A DNA stretch of 64,000 nucleotides from Candidatus Omnitrophota bacterium (GCA_028865345.1 JAGWKL010000006.1:2724-66723), one strand, 5' to 3'. Counted from the stretch's first letter, positions 45,168 to 55,127 are shown. A program made the numbers and translations. The notes: a model not told the origin generated them from the sequence alone.

Positions 45168-45659
45168 ATGCGTTGCCCGGCCTGTGGTTATAAAGGGACA
45201 AATGTGATGGACTCGAGGCTCAACAGCGACGGGACATCCATCCGCCGGCGGAGGCAGTGTTCCAAGTGCGAGGAGCGTTTCACCACCTATGAGTATATTG
45301 AAGAAGTCCCGCTCATGGTCGTCAAACGCGACGGCCGCCGCCAGGCCTTTGACCGCACCCGTCTGCTCAACGGGCTCATCAAGGCCTGTGAAAAAAGGCC
45401 GGTCAGCGTGGAGGCCATTGAGTCCATGGTGGATGATATCGAGCATGCCATCCGCAAGAAGTACGACCGCGAGATCGACTCCAAGGACATCGGCGAGATG
45501 GTCATGAACCGCCTGGCTGTTTTGGATGAAGTGGCGTATGTGCGTTTTGCCTCCGTTTACAGGCAGTTTCGCGACGTCAACCAGTTTATGGATGAGTTGC
45601 AGGTGATTTTAAGCAAAAATAAAATCAAAAAACTTAAAAAACAAAAAGGCCCGAAATAA
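45168..45659 (+). CDS. nrdR: Transcriptional repressor NrdR
   Basis: The N-terminal zinc ribbon MRCPACGY...CSKCEERFTT is followed by an ATP-cone. Confidence 0.9.
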   Translation: MRCPACGYKGTNVMDSRLNSDGTSIRRRRQCSKCEERFTTYEYIEEVPLMVVKRDGRRQAFDRTRLLNGLIKACEKRPVSVEAIESMVDDIEHAIRKKYDREIDSKDIGEMVMNRLAVLDEVAYVRFASVYRQFRDVNQFMDELQVILSKNKIKKLKKQKGPK

Positions 45660-45661
45660 TC

Positions 45662-46066
45662 ATGGTACAAGTTGAACTGTCCCGCATCATCATCGACGAG
45701 AAGCGCCAGGACCAGGTGATCGTCCTTAAGGAAAAAGGGGGAGAACGGCAGGTCCCCATCGTCATCGGTTTCATGGAGGCTTCTTCCATCAAGATCAAGG
45801 TCTCCGGTGTCGACGTGCCCCGGCCCATGACCCATGACCTTTTGGTGAGCGTAATGAAGGTCCTGGGCGGCCATCTGGAGAGGGTCGTCATCGACAAGCT
45901 CGTCAACAACACCTTCCATGCCAAGCTGGAGATCAAATCCAAGGAGGGAGGGGCCAAGACCATTGATTCCCGTCCCTCGGACAGCATCGCCCTGGCCGTG
46001 CGCCTCAAAGCGCCCATTTTTGTGGCGGAAGAAGTCTTGCAAAAATCGTCATTGTCCCAATCGTAA
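45662..46066 (+). CDS. Bifunctional nuclease family protein (BFN/DUF151)
   Basis: The segment VPIVIGFMEASSIKIKVSGVDVPRPMTHDL and an SRPSDSIALA block are present. Confidence 0.8.
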   Translation: MVQVELSRIIIDEKRQDQVIVLKEKGGERQVPIVIGFMEASSIKIKVSGVDVPRPMTHDLLVSVMKVLGGHLERVVIDKLVNNTFHAKLEIKSKEGGAKTIDSRPSDSIALAVRLKAPIFVAEEVLQKSSLSQS

Positions 46067-46078
46067 TAAAAACCGGCG

Positions 46079-47518
46079 ATGAGAGACCCATCGAATTTGA
46101 CATCCTTGATTGAGGTTTATCCTCCCCTGGGCGTGTTTCGCCGGGCGCTGGCTGACTGCGGCGGACGCGTCATGCTGGTGGGGGGCGCCCTGCGGGATTA
46201 TTATCTCGGCCGCCCCTGCTGCGATTTCGATTTTGCCGTCGAGAATGGTGCGATCGCCTTGTCCCGGAAACTGGCCCGCCGGCTTAAGGCAAGTTTTGTC
46301 CTGCTGGATGCCCAAGCGGGCTGCGCCCGTATTGTCAAGAAATCCGATGGCGCGGTGTGGACCTTTGACTTGACCGATTGGCGGGGCACAAGCATCCGGC
46401 AGGACCTGCACAAGCGCGACTTCACCATCAATGCCCTGGCCACGGACATCAAGGCCGCTTCAATGGATGTGCCTGAAATCCTGGAAGTGAGAGGGGCCCG
46501 GCGGGACATAAAGACGGGGCGGATACGGATGGTCGGCCCCAAAGCCTTTAAGGACGATCCTTTAAGGCTGTTGCGCGCCTTCAGCCTGTCGGCCGGCCTC
46601 GGCTTTCAGATCGATGCCCGCACCCGGCTGCAAATTAAAAAAGACGCGAGGCTGATCACGGCGGCGGCCGTCGAAAGGGTCCGTGAAGAGATTTTTAAAG
46701 TTTTAACCTCGCCGCGTGCGTATGAAACATTGTCTGATATGGACAAGATGGGGCTTTTGCCCAGGGTCATGCCCCAGATCACCGTCATGTACGGCATCCA
46801 TCAAGGCGGATATCATCATCTGGATGTGTGGCGGCACTCGCTGGACGTTGTCCGCAACCTGGAAGAATTGACGCAAGAGCCTGGTTTTGACGGCCGGATC
46901 AAGGCGTATTTGGACGAGATCATCGGCGGTGGACATACCCGCGCGGCGCTTTTGAAAATGGCGGCTTTGCTGCATGACATCGGCAAACCGCAGACCCGCC
47001 GGCAGGCACAAGGCCGCACGACCTTTCACGGGCACGAGCACGCGGGTGAGCGCATCACCCGTCTGGTCGCCAGGCAGCTGAAATTGTCCGTCAAAGAGCG
47101 TTATTTCCTGGAGGACGCGGTGCGCATGCATTTAAGGCCAGGGTATCTTTCGAATTTCAAGCGTCCCAGCGAAAAAGCTGTTTTCAGGTATATGCGCGAT
47201 TCCGGCGCGGAGGCGGCGGGCATTGCGCTTTTGGCCATGGCCGACCAGGCCGCCACCCGCGGCCCCCTCACTACCGGGGAGAAAACCAGGCACCATGCTA
47301 AAATCTGCCGCATGCTCCTGGAGCGTTATTTCGCATCGAAAGAACAGAAACCCCGGCAGCGGCTTTTAACGGGGCATGATCTCATCAACGTCCTGAAGTT
47401 AAAACCGTCGGAGCTGTTCGGAAAGATTCTTAGCCAAGTCGAAGAAGCGCATGCGCTGGGAAAAATCAAAACGAAGCAGGAGGCCCTGGCCCTGGCGCGG
47501 AAGATTTTAAAGGACTAA
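46079..47518 (+). CDS. CCA-adding tRNA nucleotidyltransferase / poly(A) polymerase family protein with an HD domain
   Basis: The head motif is GGALRDYYLGRPCCDFDF and the HD region is LLHDIGKP. Confidence 0.8.
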   Translation: MRDPSNLTSLIEVYPPLGVFRRALADCGGRVMLVGGALRDYYLGRPCCDFDFAVENGAIALSRKLARRLKASFVLLDAQAGCARIVKKSDGAVWTFDLTDWRGTSIRQDLHKRDFTINALATDIKAASMDVPEILEVRGARRDIKTGRIRMVGPKAFKDDPLRLLRAFSLSAGLGFQIDARTRLQIKKDARLITAAAVERVREEIFKVLTSPRAYETLSDMDKMGLLPRVMPQITVMYGIHQGGYHHLDVWRHSLDVVRNLEELTQEPGFDGRIKAYLDEIIGGGHTRAALLKMAALLHDIGKPQTRRQAQGRTTFHGHEHAGERITRLVARQLKLSVKERYFLEDAVRMHLRPGYLSNFKRPSEKAVFRYMRDSGAEAAGIALLAMADQAATRGPLTTGEKTRHHAKICRMLLERYFASKEQKPRQRLLTGHDLINVLKLKPSELFGKILSQVEEAHALGKIKTKQEALALARKILKD

Positions 47519-47529
47519 ATTTATTTCTT

Positions 47530-47684
47530 GGACTCATCGGGTGGTGAGGAGCGATGTTAACGGGCGCACGGCAACTGCCCCAGTCATCTAAATCAGGGAA
47601 ACCACCCTTTTGGCCGCTGATAGGGTTGCCATTCGCCAAGAGGAGCGCGTTAACATCGCGACGAGCCAGGACCCGATGAGTGGG
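47530..47684. ncRNA. Candidate structured RNA or palindromic element (rod-like, 6S-RNA-like topology) upstream of the ygfZ-like gene. Strand and identity are unresolved.
   Basis: The 5' stretch GGACTCATCGGGT (47530-42) pairs with the 3' stretch ACCCGATGAGT (47671-81), and GCGATGTTAACG (47551-62) forms a perfect 12-bp pair with CGTTAACATCGC (47648-59). Inner pairs include GGCG/CGCC, GGCAAC/GTTGCC and ATCAG/CTGAT. Confidence 0.35.
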
Positions 47685-47713
47685 AAGTCGCAAAAGCAGC
47701 GAATTTATCAAGT

Positions 47714-48352
47714 ATGCGATTATACAAACTCAATGAAACGGTTTTAAGCATCAAAGGTAACGCGGACGCCTTTTTAAACGGGCTGACGTCCAATACGTTG
47801 GACGCGCCGCATAATGCTTTTTTAAACCAGCACGGCCGCATCATTGCCACCTTCCGCCAGAAAAAAATTTCCGGCGAGGAATTTTTGATCAGCGTGCCGG
47901 CCGTTGCCGCAGACAATCTTTTAAAGCATCTGGAACGTTACGCGAAGCTTAGCCATGTGCGCCTTGAGGTGGGCCCCCAAAAGGTCTACATGGATCTGGA
48001 TACGGCGCAAACCGTTTGGGGGCCGCAGGGGCATGCCGGCGACGTCACCGACGACGAATTTACACTGTTTCGTCTTGACCATCAGATGCCGCTCATGGGA
48101 ATTGATTATCAGGCTGATGAATTCATCCTCAACGTGCATGAATTGGATTATGTTTCGTATGTCAAGGGCTGTTTTCTTGGGCAGGAACCGGTGGCCAAGG
48201 TGCATAACCGTTCCCGGCCCACGCGCAAATTGATCGTGCAGGACGAACTCCGGTGTTCCGCCGAAGAGGCCTCCCAAATGACCTCCAAAGCCCTTGATCC
48301 CAAGAGCGGCAGGATCAAAGGCTTTGTATTTGTGAGCAATAAACCGTCTTGA
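47714..48352 (+). CDS. YgfZ/GcvT-like folate-binding protein
   Basis: The C-terminal KGCFLGQE motif (the family K-G-C-[YF]-x-G-Q-E signature) and a GcvT-like N-terminal region are present. Confidence 0.65.
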   Translation: MRLYKLNETVLSIKGNADAFLNGLTSNTLDAPHNAFLNQHGRIIATFRQKKISGEEFLISVPAVAADNLLKHLERYAKLSHVRLEVGPQKVYMDLDTAQTVWGPQGHAGDVTDDEFTLFRLDHQMPLMGIDYQADEFILNVHELDYVSYVKGCFLGQEPVAKVHNRSRPTRKLIVQDELRCSAEEASQMTSKALDPKSGRIKGFVFVSNKPS

Positions 48353-48404
48353 GAATTATTTGCTCGTTCTTGCCCCACCGGGCATAAGCCGTTATAATTG
48401 AAGC

Positions 48405-49250
48405 GTGAGATTCCCTCTTCTTATCGGTATGCTGGTTTTTTTATGCGCGTCTCCGGATGCCGGCGCTCAACAGCCCCAGGGGTTGTCCGCTTCCGCGCCC
48501 GACCAATGGCAGATGACCCTGGACACGATCCAGTCCAGGGCCCAGGTCTTGATGGGGCGCAACAACCAATTGCAGCTTGAAAACCGGCAGCTGGCCGATC
48601 AGGTGCAAAAATTACAGCAATCGATCACCTTGCAACAAAATAAGAATGACCGGATGGGGCAGTTTTTGAAACAACGCCGCGGGCGGACAGACCAACAGAT
48701 GCGCATGGATGAATTGGCCCAAGGCATTCAAGCGGACAAGCAGCAGCTCCGCAGCCTTGACGATCAGCTGAGAGATTTGAAACGGCAACAGGCGGGCCTG
48801 GGGACCGAAGTCGAACAGATCACAAAAACAGCGCCCCAGGACGGGGACGCGCTTGCTCCCTGGCGCAAGCAGCTTGAAGATGAAGACGGCCGGGAAGCGG
48901 TTTTGGAAAATCAACTTCAGAGCTTGAAGTCCATAACGGCAAACCCGGCGGAAACCGAGGCCCAGAGGCTCCAACAACTCCAAAAACGCAAGCAACAACT
49001 GGCGGCTGATATCAGTTCTTATGCGTCGCGTCTGGATGAATTAAGGCAGGAGGCCCTTGCCGCCCTGTCATGGCAGGTCCGGAAAAAACGGCTGGTCCAT
49101 CAATTGGTCGTCGCCGATGCCTTCAACAACCGGATGCGCGCTCAGATCAGGGTGCTGCAGGAAGACATCCAAATTTTGAAAGACAAGGTGTCCCAGCTGG
49201 AAAGCCGCATGGATGCAGGTCAAGGCGTGGATCTGTTCACGCAGCCATAA
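48405..49250 (+). CDS. Secreted Gln-rich coiled-coil protein
   Basis: A signal peptide MRFPLLIGMLVFLCASPDAGA is followed by QLQ/LQQ heptad-like repeats. Confidence 0.55.
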   Translation: MRFPLLIGMLVFLCASPDAGAQQPQGLSASAPDQWQMTLDTIQSRAQVLMGRNNQLQLENRQLADQVQKLQQSITLQQNKNDRMGQFLKQRRGRTDQQMRMDELAQGIQADKQQLRSLDDQLRDLKRQQAGLGTEVEQITKTAPQDGDALAPWRKQLEDEDGREAVLENQLQSLKSITANPAETEAQRLQQLQKRKQQLAADISSYASRLDELRQEALAALSWQVRKKRLVHQLVVADAFNNRMRAQIRVLQEDIQILKDKVSQLESRMDAGQGVDLFTQP

Positions 49251-49260
49251 GGAGTGTACT

Positions 49261-49593
49261 ATGTCAAAATTGAAACCCAATTCCTCAACGACGGTCCGCG
49301 CGCTGATCGAGGTGTCGATCACTCCCCAGAAAGACGTCGGGTTTGACAGCATCGCCGAGAGGATCTATTCCTATCCCCAGGTCGAAAGCTGTTACCTGGT
49401 ATCCGGCGGTTATGACCTACTGGTCGTCGTGGAGGGGGAGAACATCCATACGGTGGCTGATTTCGTCGCCGCCAAGCTTTCGTCCATGGCCAATGTGCGC
49501 CAGACAGCCACGCATTTTTTACTGCGCAAGTACAAAGAAGAAGGCCGGATCCTGAAACATCCTAAAAGCCAATACAGGCCGAATATTTCGTAA
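49261..49593 (+). CDS. Stand-alone Lrp/AsnC C-terminal (RAM) ligand-binding domain protein
   Basis: The start was chosen at MSKLKP, with an AAGGAG RBS 7 nt upstream. The segment ...VESCYLVSGGYDLLVVVEGENIHTVADFV... is typical of a RAM domain. Confidence 0.7.
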   Translation: MSKLKPNSSTTVRALIEVSITPQKDVGFDSIAERIYSYPQVESCYLVSGGYDLLVVVEGENIHTVADFVAAKLSSMANVRQTATHFLLRKYKEEGRILKHPKSQYRPNIS

Positions 49594-49605
49594 AAGGTCC
49601 TATCC

Positions 49606-50757
49606 ATGAGAATTTCTAAACGGGTTGATGGAGTGGCGCCCTCCGGTATCAGGGCTTTTTTTGATCTGGTGCTGGGCATGAAAGACGTGATCTCCTTAGG
49701 CGTGGGAGAGCCGGATTTCGTCACCCCCTGGCACGTGCGCGCGCGCGCCATCGAATCCCTCGAACAGGGTTTTACGTCCTACACTTCCAATAAGGGCATG
49801 ATCGAGTTAAGGGGCGCCATTGCCGCGTTTCTGAAGAAACGCCACCGGCTTGATTATGATCCCGAAGAAGAAATTTTGATCACCGTCGGCGTCAGTGAGG
49901 CCCTGGATCTGGCGATGCGTTCGATCCTCAACCCCGGAGAGAAAATCCTGGTGCCGGAACCGTATTATGTGGCTTACGGTCCGGTCGTGGACCTGGCCGG
50001 CGGAGAGACGGTATTCCTGAAAACTTCCATCGATAACGGCTTCAAAATTACACCGCAGCAGATTGAAAAGGCCGTCGTGCCCGGTGTGCGCGGCCTTCTG
50101 TTGGGGTATCCGTCCAACCCGACGGGCACGTCCTATTCGAAAAAAGAACTGGAAGCGATCTGCCGGGTGGTCAAGAAACATGATTTGTTGGTCATCAGCG
50201 ACGAGCTTTATGATGAGCTGACCTATGACTTCGAGCACACGCCCCTGTCCGCCCTGCCGCAGATGAAAAACCGCGTGATTTATCTCAACGGTTTTTCCAA
50301 AAGCTATGCCATGACGGGTTTTCGTGTCGGGTATGTCTGCGGCCCCGCGGACATTGTGGGGGCCATGACCAAGATCCATCAATACACGAGCTTGTGCGCG
50401 CCCATCACCAGCCAGATGGCGGCCATCGAGGCCATTAAGAACTCCAACGGGGACGTTGCGGCCATGAAAAAGGAATATGACCGCCGCCGCCGCTTTATCG
50501 TCGGCGCTTTGAATGATATCGGTTTGAGATGCCATATGCCGCAGGGGGCTTTTTATGCGTTTCCGTCGATTGCGTCAACCGGGGAAAGCGCCATGGATTT
50601 TGCCAGGAATCTCCTCAAGAAGCAGAAGGTGGCCCTCGTGCCGGGAGATGCTTTCGGCGCAAGCTGCGGGGGGCATGTGCGCATTTCCTACGCGTCGAGC
50701 TATGAAAATTTGAAAGAAGCTGTTTGTCGGATCGAAAAATATTTAAAGAAAAGGTAA
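49606..50757 (+). CDS. PLP-dependent aminotransferase, class I (aspartate/aromatic type)
   Basis: The PLP-Lys block LNGFSKSYAMTGFRVGY and the GEPDF motif are present. Confidence 0.85.
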   Translation: MRISKRVDGVAPSGIRAFFDLVLGMKDVISLGVGEPDFVTPWHVRARAIESLEQGFTSYTSNKGMIELRGAIAAFLKKRHRLDYDPEEEILITVGVSEALDLAMRSILNPGEKILVPEPYYVAYGPVVDLAGGETVFLKTSIDNGFKITPQQIEKAVVPGVRGLLLGYPSNPTGTSYSKKELEAICRVVKKHDLLVISDELYDELTYDFEHTPLSALPQMKNRVIYLNGFSKSYAMTGFRVGYVCGPADIVGAMTKIHQYTSLCAPITSQMAAIEAIKNSNGDVAAMKKEYDRRRRFIVGALNDIGLRCHMPQGAFYAFPSIASTGESAMDFARNLLKKQKVALVPGDAFGASCGGHVRISYASSYENLKEAVCRIEKYLKKR

Positions 50758-50848
50758 GAATCACCGCTTCTCTACGATTAAAATTAAGGAAAGCGGCACT
50801 TCGAATCAGTGTAAAAACATAGTGGAATTATAAGGAAGGGATCCATCC

Positions 50849-51256
50849 ATGCGCAAAGAGCATGCCGCCAAACTTCCCCGTAAAAAGGAAGACATCGATT
50901 TTGAGATCGCCTTTTATGAGAACATCCTTAAGGAGACGCCGGATTTTATCGAGGCCCTGATCGTCGTCGGGGACCTCTATACCAGGGCCGGCCTGTGGCA
51001 GAAGGGGCTGGACGTGGATTTGAAGCTTTCCCGCCTGAGGCCCGAAGACCCGGTGGTGTTCTATAACCTGGCCTGTTCGTACGCGCTTTTAAACCAGACC
51101 CGGGCGGCCCTGGGCGTCCTGACCAAGGCCATTGATTTCGGTTATGACGATTTCGAACATTTGAAGGGCGACACGGACCTGGACAACCTGCTCAAAGACG
51201 AGCATTTCCAGCAGTACATCAAACAGCTGGAAAAAAAGAAAAAGCTGGCCAGGTGA
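50849..51256 (+). CDS. TPR-repeat protein
   Basis: Tandem 34-residue helical repeats ([33 protein letters not shown]) are present. Confidence 0.6.
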   Translation: MRKEHAAKLPRKKEDIDFEIAFYENILKETPDFIEALIVVGDLYTRAGLWQKGLDVDLKLSRLRPEDPVVFYNLACSYALLNQTRAALGVLTKAIDFGYDDFEHLKGDTDLDNLLKDEHFQQYIKQLEKKKKLAR

Positions 51257-51681
51257 CCGGCATGAAACATTTCCGTCAGGAGCTTTGGTTCAACACCAAG
51301 ACGCGCCGGGCCTATATCAATATCACCGGCCGGGTGCAGGATGCCGTCGACAAGAGCGGGGTGCGGGAAGGCCTGTGCCTGGTCAATGCCATGCACATCT
51401 CCGCCAGTGTTTATATCAACGATGATGAGAGCGGCCTTCTGGGGGATTACGACGCCTGGCTGGAGAAATTGGCGCCGCATGAGCCGGTGTCCCAATACCG
51501 GCATAACGACACCGGCGAGGACAATGCGGACGCGCACCTCAAGCGCCAGGTGATGGGACGCGGGGTCGTTGTCGCCGTCACCGGCGGCAAACTGGATTTC
51601 GGTCCCTGGGAGCAGATTTTTTACGGCGAGTTCGACGGCCGCCGCGACAAGCGGGTGCTGGTCAAGATCATAGGAGAGTAG
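51253..51681 (+). CDS. YjbQ (UPF0047) secondary thiamine-phosphate synthase family protein
   Basis: The family blocks [14 protein letters not shown] and [36 protein letters not shown] are present. Confidence 0.85.
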   Translation: MTGMKHFRQELWFNTKTRRAYINITGRVQDAVDKSGVREGLCLVNAMHISASVYINDDESGLLGDYDAWLEKLAPHEPVSQYRHNDTGEDNADAHLKRQVMGRGVVVAVTGGKLDFGPWEQIFYGEFDGRRDKRVLVKIIGE

Positions 51682-52587
51682 ATGAGTTTGGTGGTTTTAG
51701 GGACGGTGGCCCTGGATCATGTCAAAACACCGTCGGGAACGAAAAAAGACATGCTGGGCGGTTCCGCGGCGCATTTTGCCATGGCGGCCCGCCTTTTTTG
51801 CGATGTGCACCTGGCGGCCGTGGTGGGCCGCGATTTTCCCCTCAAGCACCTGGAATTTCTGGAACGCAAAGGCATTGATTGTTCGTCGGTGATCATCAGC
51901 CGGGACAAGACCTTCCGGTGGCGGGGGGAATATAAGAAGGAAGACCTGAATACGGCGGTGACCCTGGCCACGGAATTGGGCGCCTTGCAAAGCTACGTGC
52001 CTGAATTGAAAGAACATCAGAGGCATTTGCCCGATGTTTTTCTGGCCAATATCGATCCTGACCTGCAAATGCAGTTGCTTAGGGCTTTAAAGTCCCCCCG
52101 GTTGATCGGCCTCGACAGCATGAATTTGTGGATCACCCACAAACAAAAGTCCCTGCGCCGTTTGATGAAAAAGGTGCATTTATTTGTGGCCAACGACGGC
52201 GAGGCCCGTGCCTTGTCGGGGGAGAACAATTTGATCATGGCGGCCCGGCGCCTGCGTGCCATGGGCCCCGGCATGATCGTTATTAAAAAAGGCGAACACG
52301 GCGTCCTGTTTTACAGCGGGCGGCTGATGTTTTCCTTTCCCGCCTTTCCGGTCGAACGCGTGGTCGATCCCACCGGCGCCGGGGACACCTTTGCCGGAGG
52401 ATTGATGGGATATTTAAGCCGCGCCGGCAGGCTCGATGAGAAGACTTTGCGCAAGGCCTGCGTTTACGCCACAACGGTCGCTTCCTTTAACGTGCAGGGT
52501 TTCGGCATGGCCAGGACCGCATCGCTTTCCCTGCATGAGGTCCAAGAGCGCATGAAGGAACTGGTGAAATTTGCCTCGCTTGCCTGA
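51682..52587 (+). CDS. PfkB-family carbohydrate/nucleoside kinase
   Basis: The anion-hole motif DPTGAGDTFAGGL is present. Confidence 0.8.
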   Translation: MSLVVLGTVALDHVKTPSGTKKDMLGGSAAHFAMAARLFCDVHLAAVVGRDFPLKHLEFLERKGIDCSSVIISRDKTFRWRGEYKKEDLNTAVTLATELGALQSYVPELKEHQRHLPDVFLANIDPDLQMQLLRALKSPRLIGLDSMNLWITHKQKSLRRLMKKVHLFVANDGEARALSGENNLIMAARRLRAMGPGMIVIKKGEHGVLFYSGRLMFSFPAFPVERVVDPTGAGDTFAGGLMGYLSRAGRLDEKTLRKACVYATTVASFNVQGFGMARTASLSLHEVQERMKELVKFASLA

Positions 52588-52855
52588 TATGCATATCCTT
52601 AGAAATATCAGCCTGGCGGCTGCCGTTCTTCTTCCCTTTTTCAATATTCCCATGATCGTCAGGATCGTGCGCCGGCGTTCCTCGGCGGACATATCGACCG
52701 TATGGCTTATGGGCGTATGGATATGCTGCCTGTTGATGGCGCCTTCAGGGTTTACGTCCAAAGATTTGGTCTGGCGTTGCTATAATATCGTCAACCTGGT
52801 TTTATTTACAGGGGTCGTGATCGCGGTCTGGAAGTACAGGAAATCTCATGGATAG
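52571..52855 (+). CDS. Small predicted membrane protein
   Basis: The 94-aa product has three hydrophobic helices and no recognisable motif. Confidence 0.35.
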   Translation: MPRLPDMHILRNISLAAAVLLPFFNIPMIVRIVRRRSSADISTVWLMGVWICCLLMAPSGFTSKDLVWRCYNIVNLVLFTGVVIAVWKYRKSHG

Positions 52856-53774
52856 AAAATTAAAAAGCGGCATGGTGGCCATTGTGGGCAGGCCCAATGT
52901 GGGCAAATCCACGCTTTTGAATTGCCTTTTGGGCGAGAAGGTGTCCATTGTGTCCGACGTACCGCAAACCACGCGCCGGCAGATACGGGGGATCTATACC
53001 GACCACCGCGGCCAGATCGTTTTTATCGACACGCCGGGCCTGCATTCGGGGCGCGACAAACTGGACAAATACATGAGCCGGGCCTCTACGGGAAGCATCG
53101 ACGGCACGGATGTGGTCATTCATCTGGTGGATGCCAGTGAAAAGACAGGCCCGGAAGAAAGGCAGGTGGTCGGCCGGCTCGATGCCTGCGGCAAGCCCAT
53201 CATCGTGGGCTTAAACAAGGTGGATGTCACCAAGGGCAAATTCGTTCCCGAGTACATCAAGCTTTGGGAAGACCTGCGCGGCATGCCGGTGACGGAAATG
53301 AAGGACATGACGCTGCTGCCCCTTTCCGCGCTTAAAGGGACCAACGTCAAAAAGTTGGTGGACCTTTTGTTCGAGTTGATGCCGGCGGGCCCGCTGCTTT
53401 ATCCCGAAGATGTGTTGACCGATTTCCCCAAGCGCATGGCCATGGCGGATCTGGTCCGGGAAAAATTATTTTTGCTGATGCGCGAAGAAGTCCCCCATTC
53501 GATCGCCGTGATCATCGAGAGTGTGCGCCCCAAACGCGGCAAGGTCCTGCAGATCCGGGCCGCCATCCTGGTGGAGCGCGAATCCCAGAAAGAGATCGTC
53601 ATAGGCCGTGGCGGCGCCGTGTTAAAGCAGGCGGGGAGCCAGGCGCGCCGGGACCTGGAAGAGCTCGTCGGGCAGAAAGTGTTCCTGGAGCTTTTTGTGA
53701 AGACAAAACCCGATTGGCGCGATGACTATTCCGCCCTCGAAGAGATGGGCTACGTTTTCAGCGATTTGGTATAG
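52848..53774 (+). CDS. era: GTPase Era
   Basis: The G1 motif GRPNVGKST and G3 motif DTPG are present, followed by a C-terminal KH domain. Confidence 0.9.
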   Translation: MDRKLKSGMVAIVGRPNVGKSTLLNCLLGEKVSIVSDVPQTTRRQIRGIYTDHRGQIVFIDTPGLHSGRDKLDKYMSRASTGSIDGTDVVIHLVDASEKTGPEERQVVGRLDACGKPIIVGLNKVDVTKGKFVPEYIKLWEDLRGMPVTEMKDMTLLPLSALKGTNVKKLVDLLFELMPAGPLLYPEDVLTDFPKRMAMADLVREKLFLLMREEVPHSIAVIIESVRPKRGKVLQIRAAILVERESQKEIVIGRGGAVLKQAGSQARRDLEELVGQKVFLELFVKTKPDWRDDYSALEEMGYVFSDLV

Positions 53775-53838
53775 CAGGATCAATTTATTTTTTTGTTCAT
53801 GCCTATTGTTTCCAGAAATTTTTATCCCTACACATACA

Positions 53839-54510
53839 ATGAGCGCTGAACTGTTAGACAATAGACAAATCGCTGAGGTGATCAAACGGCTGAAGGTTGC
53901 CATGCGAGACCTGCCTGACCCGTCGGTGACGCTGGTCGGCAAGAAATTCAAGAGCCCTTTCTTGGTGCTGATCTCCTGCCTGCTTAGCCTTCGCACCCAG
54001 GACAAAACCACCTTGCCCGCCTGCGAACGCCTTTTTGCCCGCGCCGACACCATGGAAGGCATGCTCAAGGTCCCGCTCGGAGAACTGCGGCGATTGATTT
54101 ATCCCGTCGGATTTTATAAAACCAAGGCCGTACGTATCCACGAGATCTGCCGCGATCTGCTCCATCGTTTCGGCGGGAGGGTGCCGGATGACTTGGACGC
54201 GCTTTTGACGCTCAAAGGGGTGGGGCGCAAGACCGCCAACTTGGTTTTGACCGAGGGCTTCGGCAAACTGGGGATATGCGTGGACACCCATGTGCACCGC
54301 ATCTCCAACCGCCTGGGCTATATTCGCAGCCGCAGCGCGGAAGAGACGGAATTTGCCTTAAGAAAGAAGCTGCCGCAACACTATTGGATCGAATACAACG
54401 CCTTGCTGGTGACCTGGGGCCAGAATGTTTGTAAACCCATTTCACCGGTTTGTTCCGGATGCCCGGTCAACACCATCTGCCGGCGCGTGAATGTCACTGC
54501 CAGCCGTTAG
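53839..54510 (+). CDS. nth: Endonuclease III
   Basis: The HhH-GPD block LKGVGRKTANLV is followed by the C-terminal CxxxxxxCxxCxxxxxC 4Fe-4S cluster CKPISPVCSGCPVNTIC. Confidence 0.9.
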   Translation: MSAELLDNRQIAEVIKRLKVAMRDLPDPSVTLVGKKFKSPFLVLISCLLSLRTQDKTTLPACERLFARADTMEGMLKVPLGELRRLIYPVGFYKTKAVRIHEICRDLLHRFGGRVPDDLDALLTLKGVGRKTANLVLTEGFGKLGICVDTHVHRISNRLGYIRSRSAEETEFALRKKLPQHYWIEYNALLVTWGQNVCKPISPVCSGCPVNTICRRVNVTASR

Positions 54511-54653
54511 CGGGTCCATTATCAAAATCCTCTTGTTAAAGCCTGACTCCTAATTAATCTTAAAATTAGCCCTTGTAGATGAAGAATGTTAATGGTAACT
54601 TTTAATTAGGCATACAGAGATGCGATTTGAGGGAGGGGTGAAAAAAGCAAGCA

Positions 54654-55127
54654 ATGAAAAAAATCGGGACCAAGAACGGTTTTACCCTGATAGAAATTAT
54701 CGTTGTCCTGATCATTGTCGGCATCCTGGCGGCCATCAGCCTGCCTAATCTGTTCCAAAATATCGAGAAAAGCGGGAGCGCTCAAGCTTTAACATTGTTG
54801 GATAGTTATAAAACACCGATAGAAGCCTGTTGCGAGTTATACGAGACACATCCCTATGCCGGAGGACCGTGCAGTTTGACGGCATTGAACCTTAATACAG
54901 GAGTTCAAAACGGCTGGACTATTTCAATATCGCCTACCGGAACAGGAGCTCAAACCGCCACAAAAGGTGCGTGGACGGCGTGGGGAGGGGCACCTGAAAA
55001 CAATGATTTGACATATACTCTTATAGCTTCGGATGCGGCGGGTGATACAATTACATTAATTAGAAATGTGGACGGCACAGTGACATGTTCAACCGGTTCA
55101 GCGGGTCCATATACAGGTATTTGTTAA
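54654..55127 (+). CDS. Type IV pilin / pseudopilin (prepilin-type N-terminal methylation domain)
   Basis: The G|FTLIEIIVVLIIVGILAAI class III signal is present. The C-terminal Cys residues allow a disulfide loop. Confidence 0.8.
   Translation: MKKIGTKNGFTLIEIIVVLIIVGILAAISLPNLFQNIEKSGSAQALTLLDSYKTPIEACCELYETHPYAGGPCSLTALNLNTGVQNGWTISISPTGTGAQTATKGAWTAWGGAPENNDLTYTLIASDAAGDTITLIRNVDGTVTCSTGSAGPYTGIC

Noticed and set aside
47530-47684. ZTP (pfl) riboswitch assignment for the structured element upstream of the ygfZ-like gene
   Set aside because: The 5' part (GGGTGGTGAGGAGCG) loosely resembles the pfl GGGUCGUGACUGGCG block. The conserved 3' pseudoknot element (CCGCCUGGGCA-like) is absent, so I did not call it.
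54540-54653. Possible sigma54 (-24/-12) promoter upstream of the type IV pilin gene
   Set aside because: No GG-N10-GC pair with correct spacing was found around TGGTAACTTTTAATTAGGCA.
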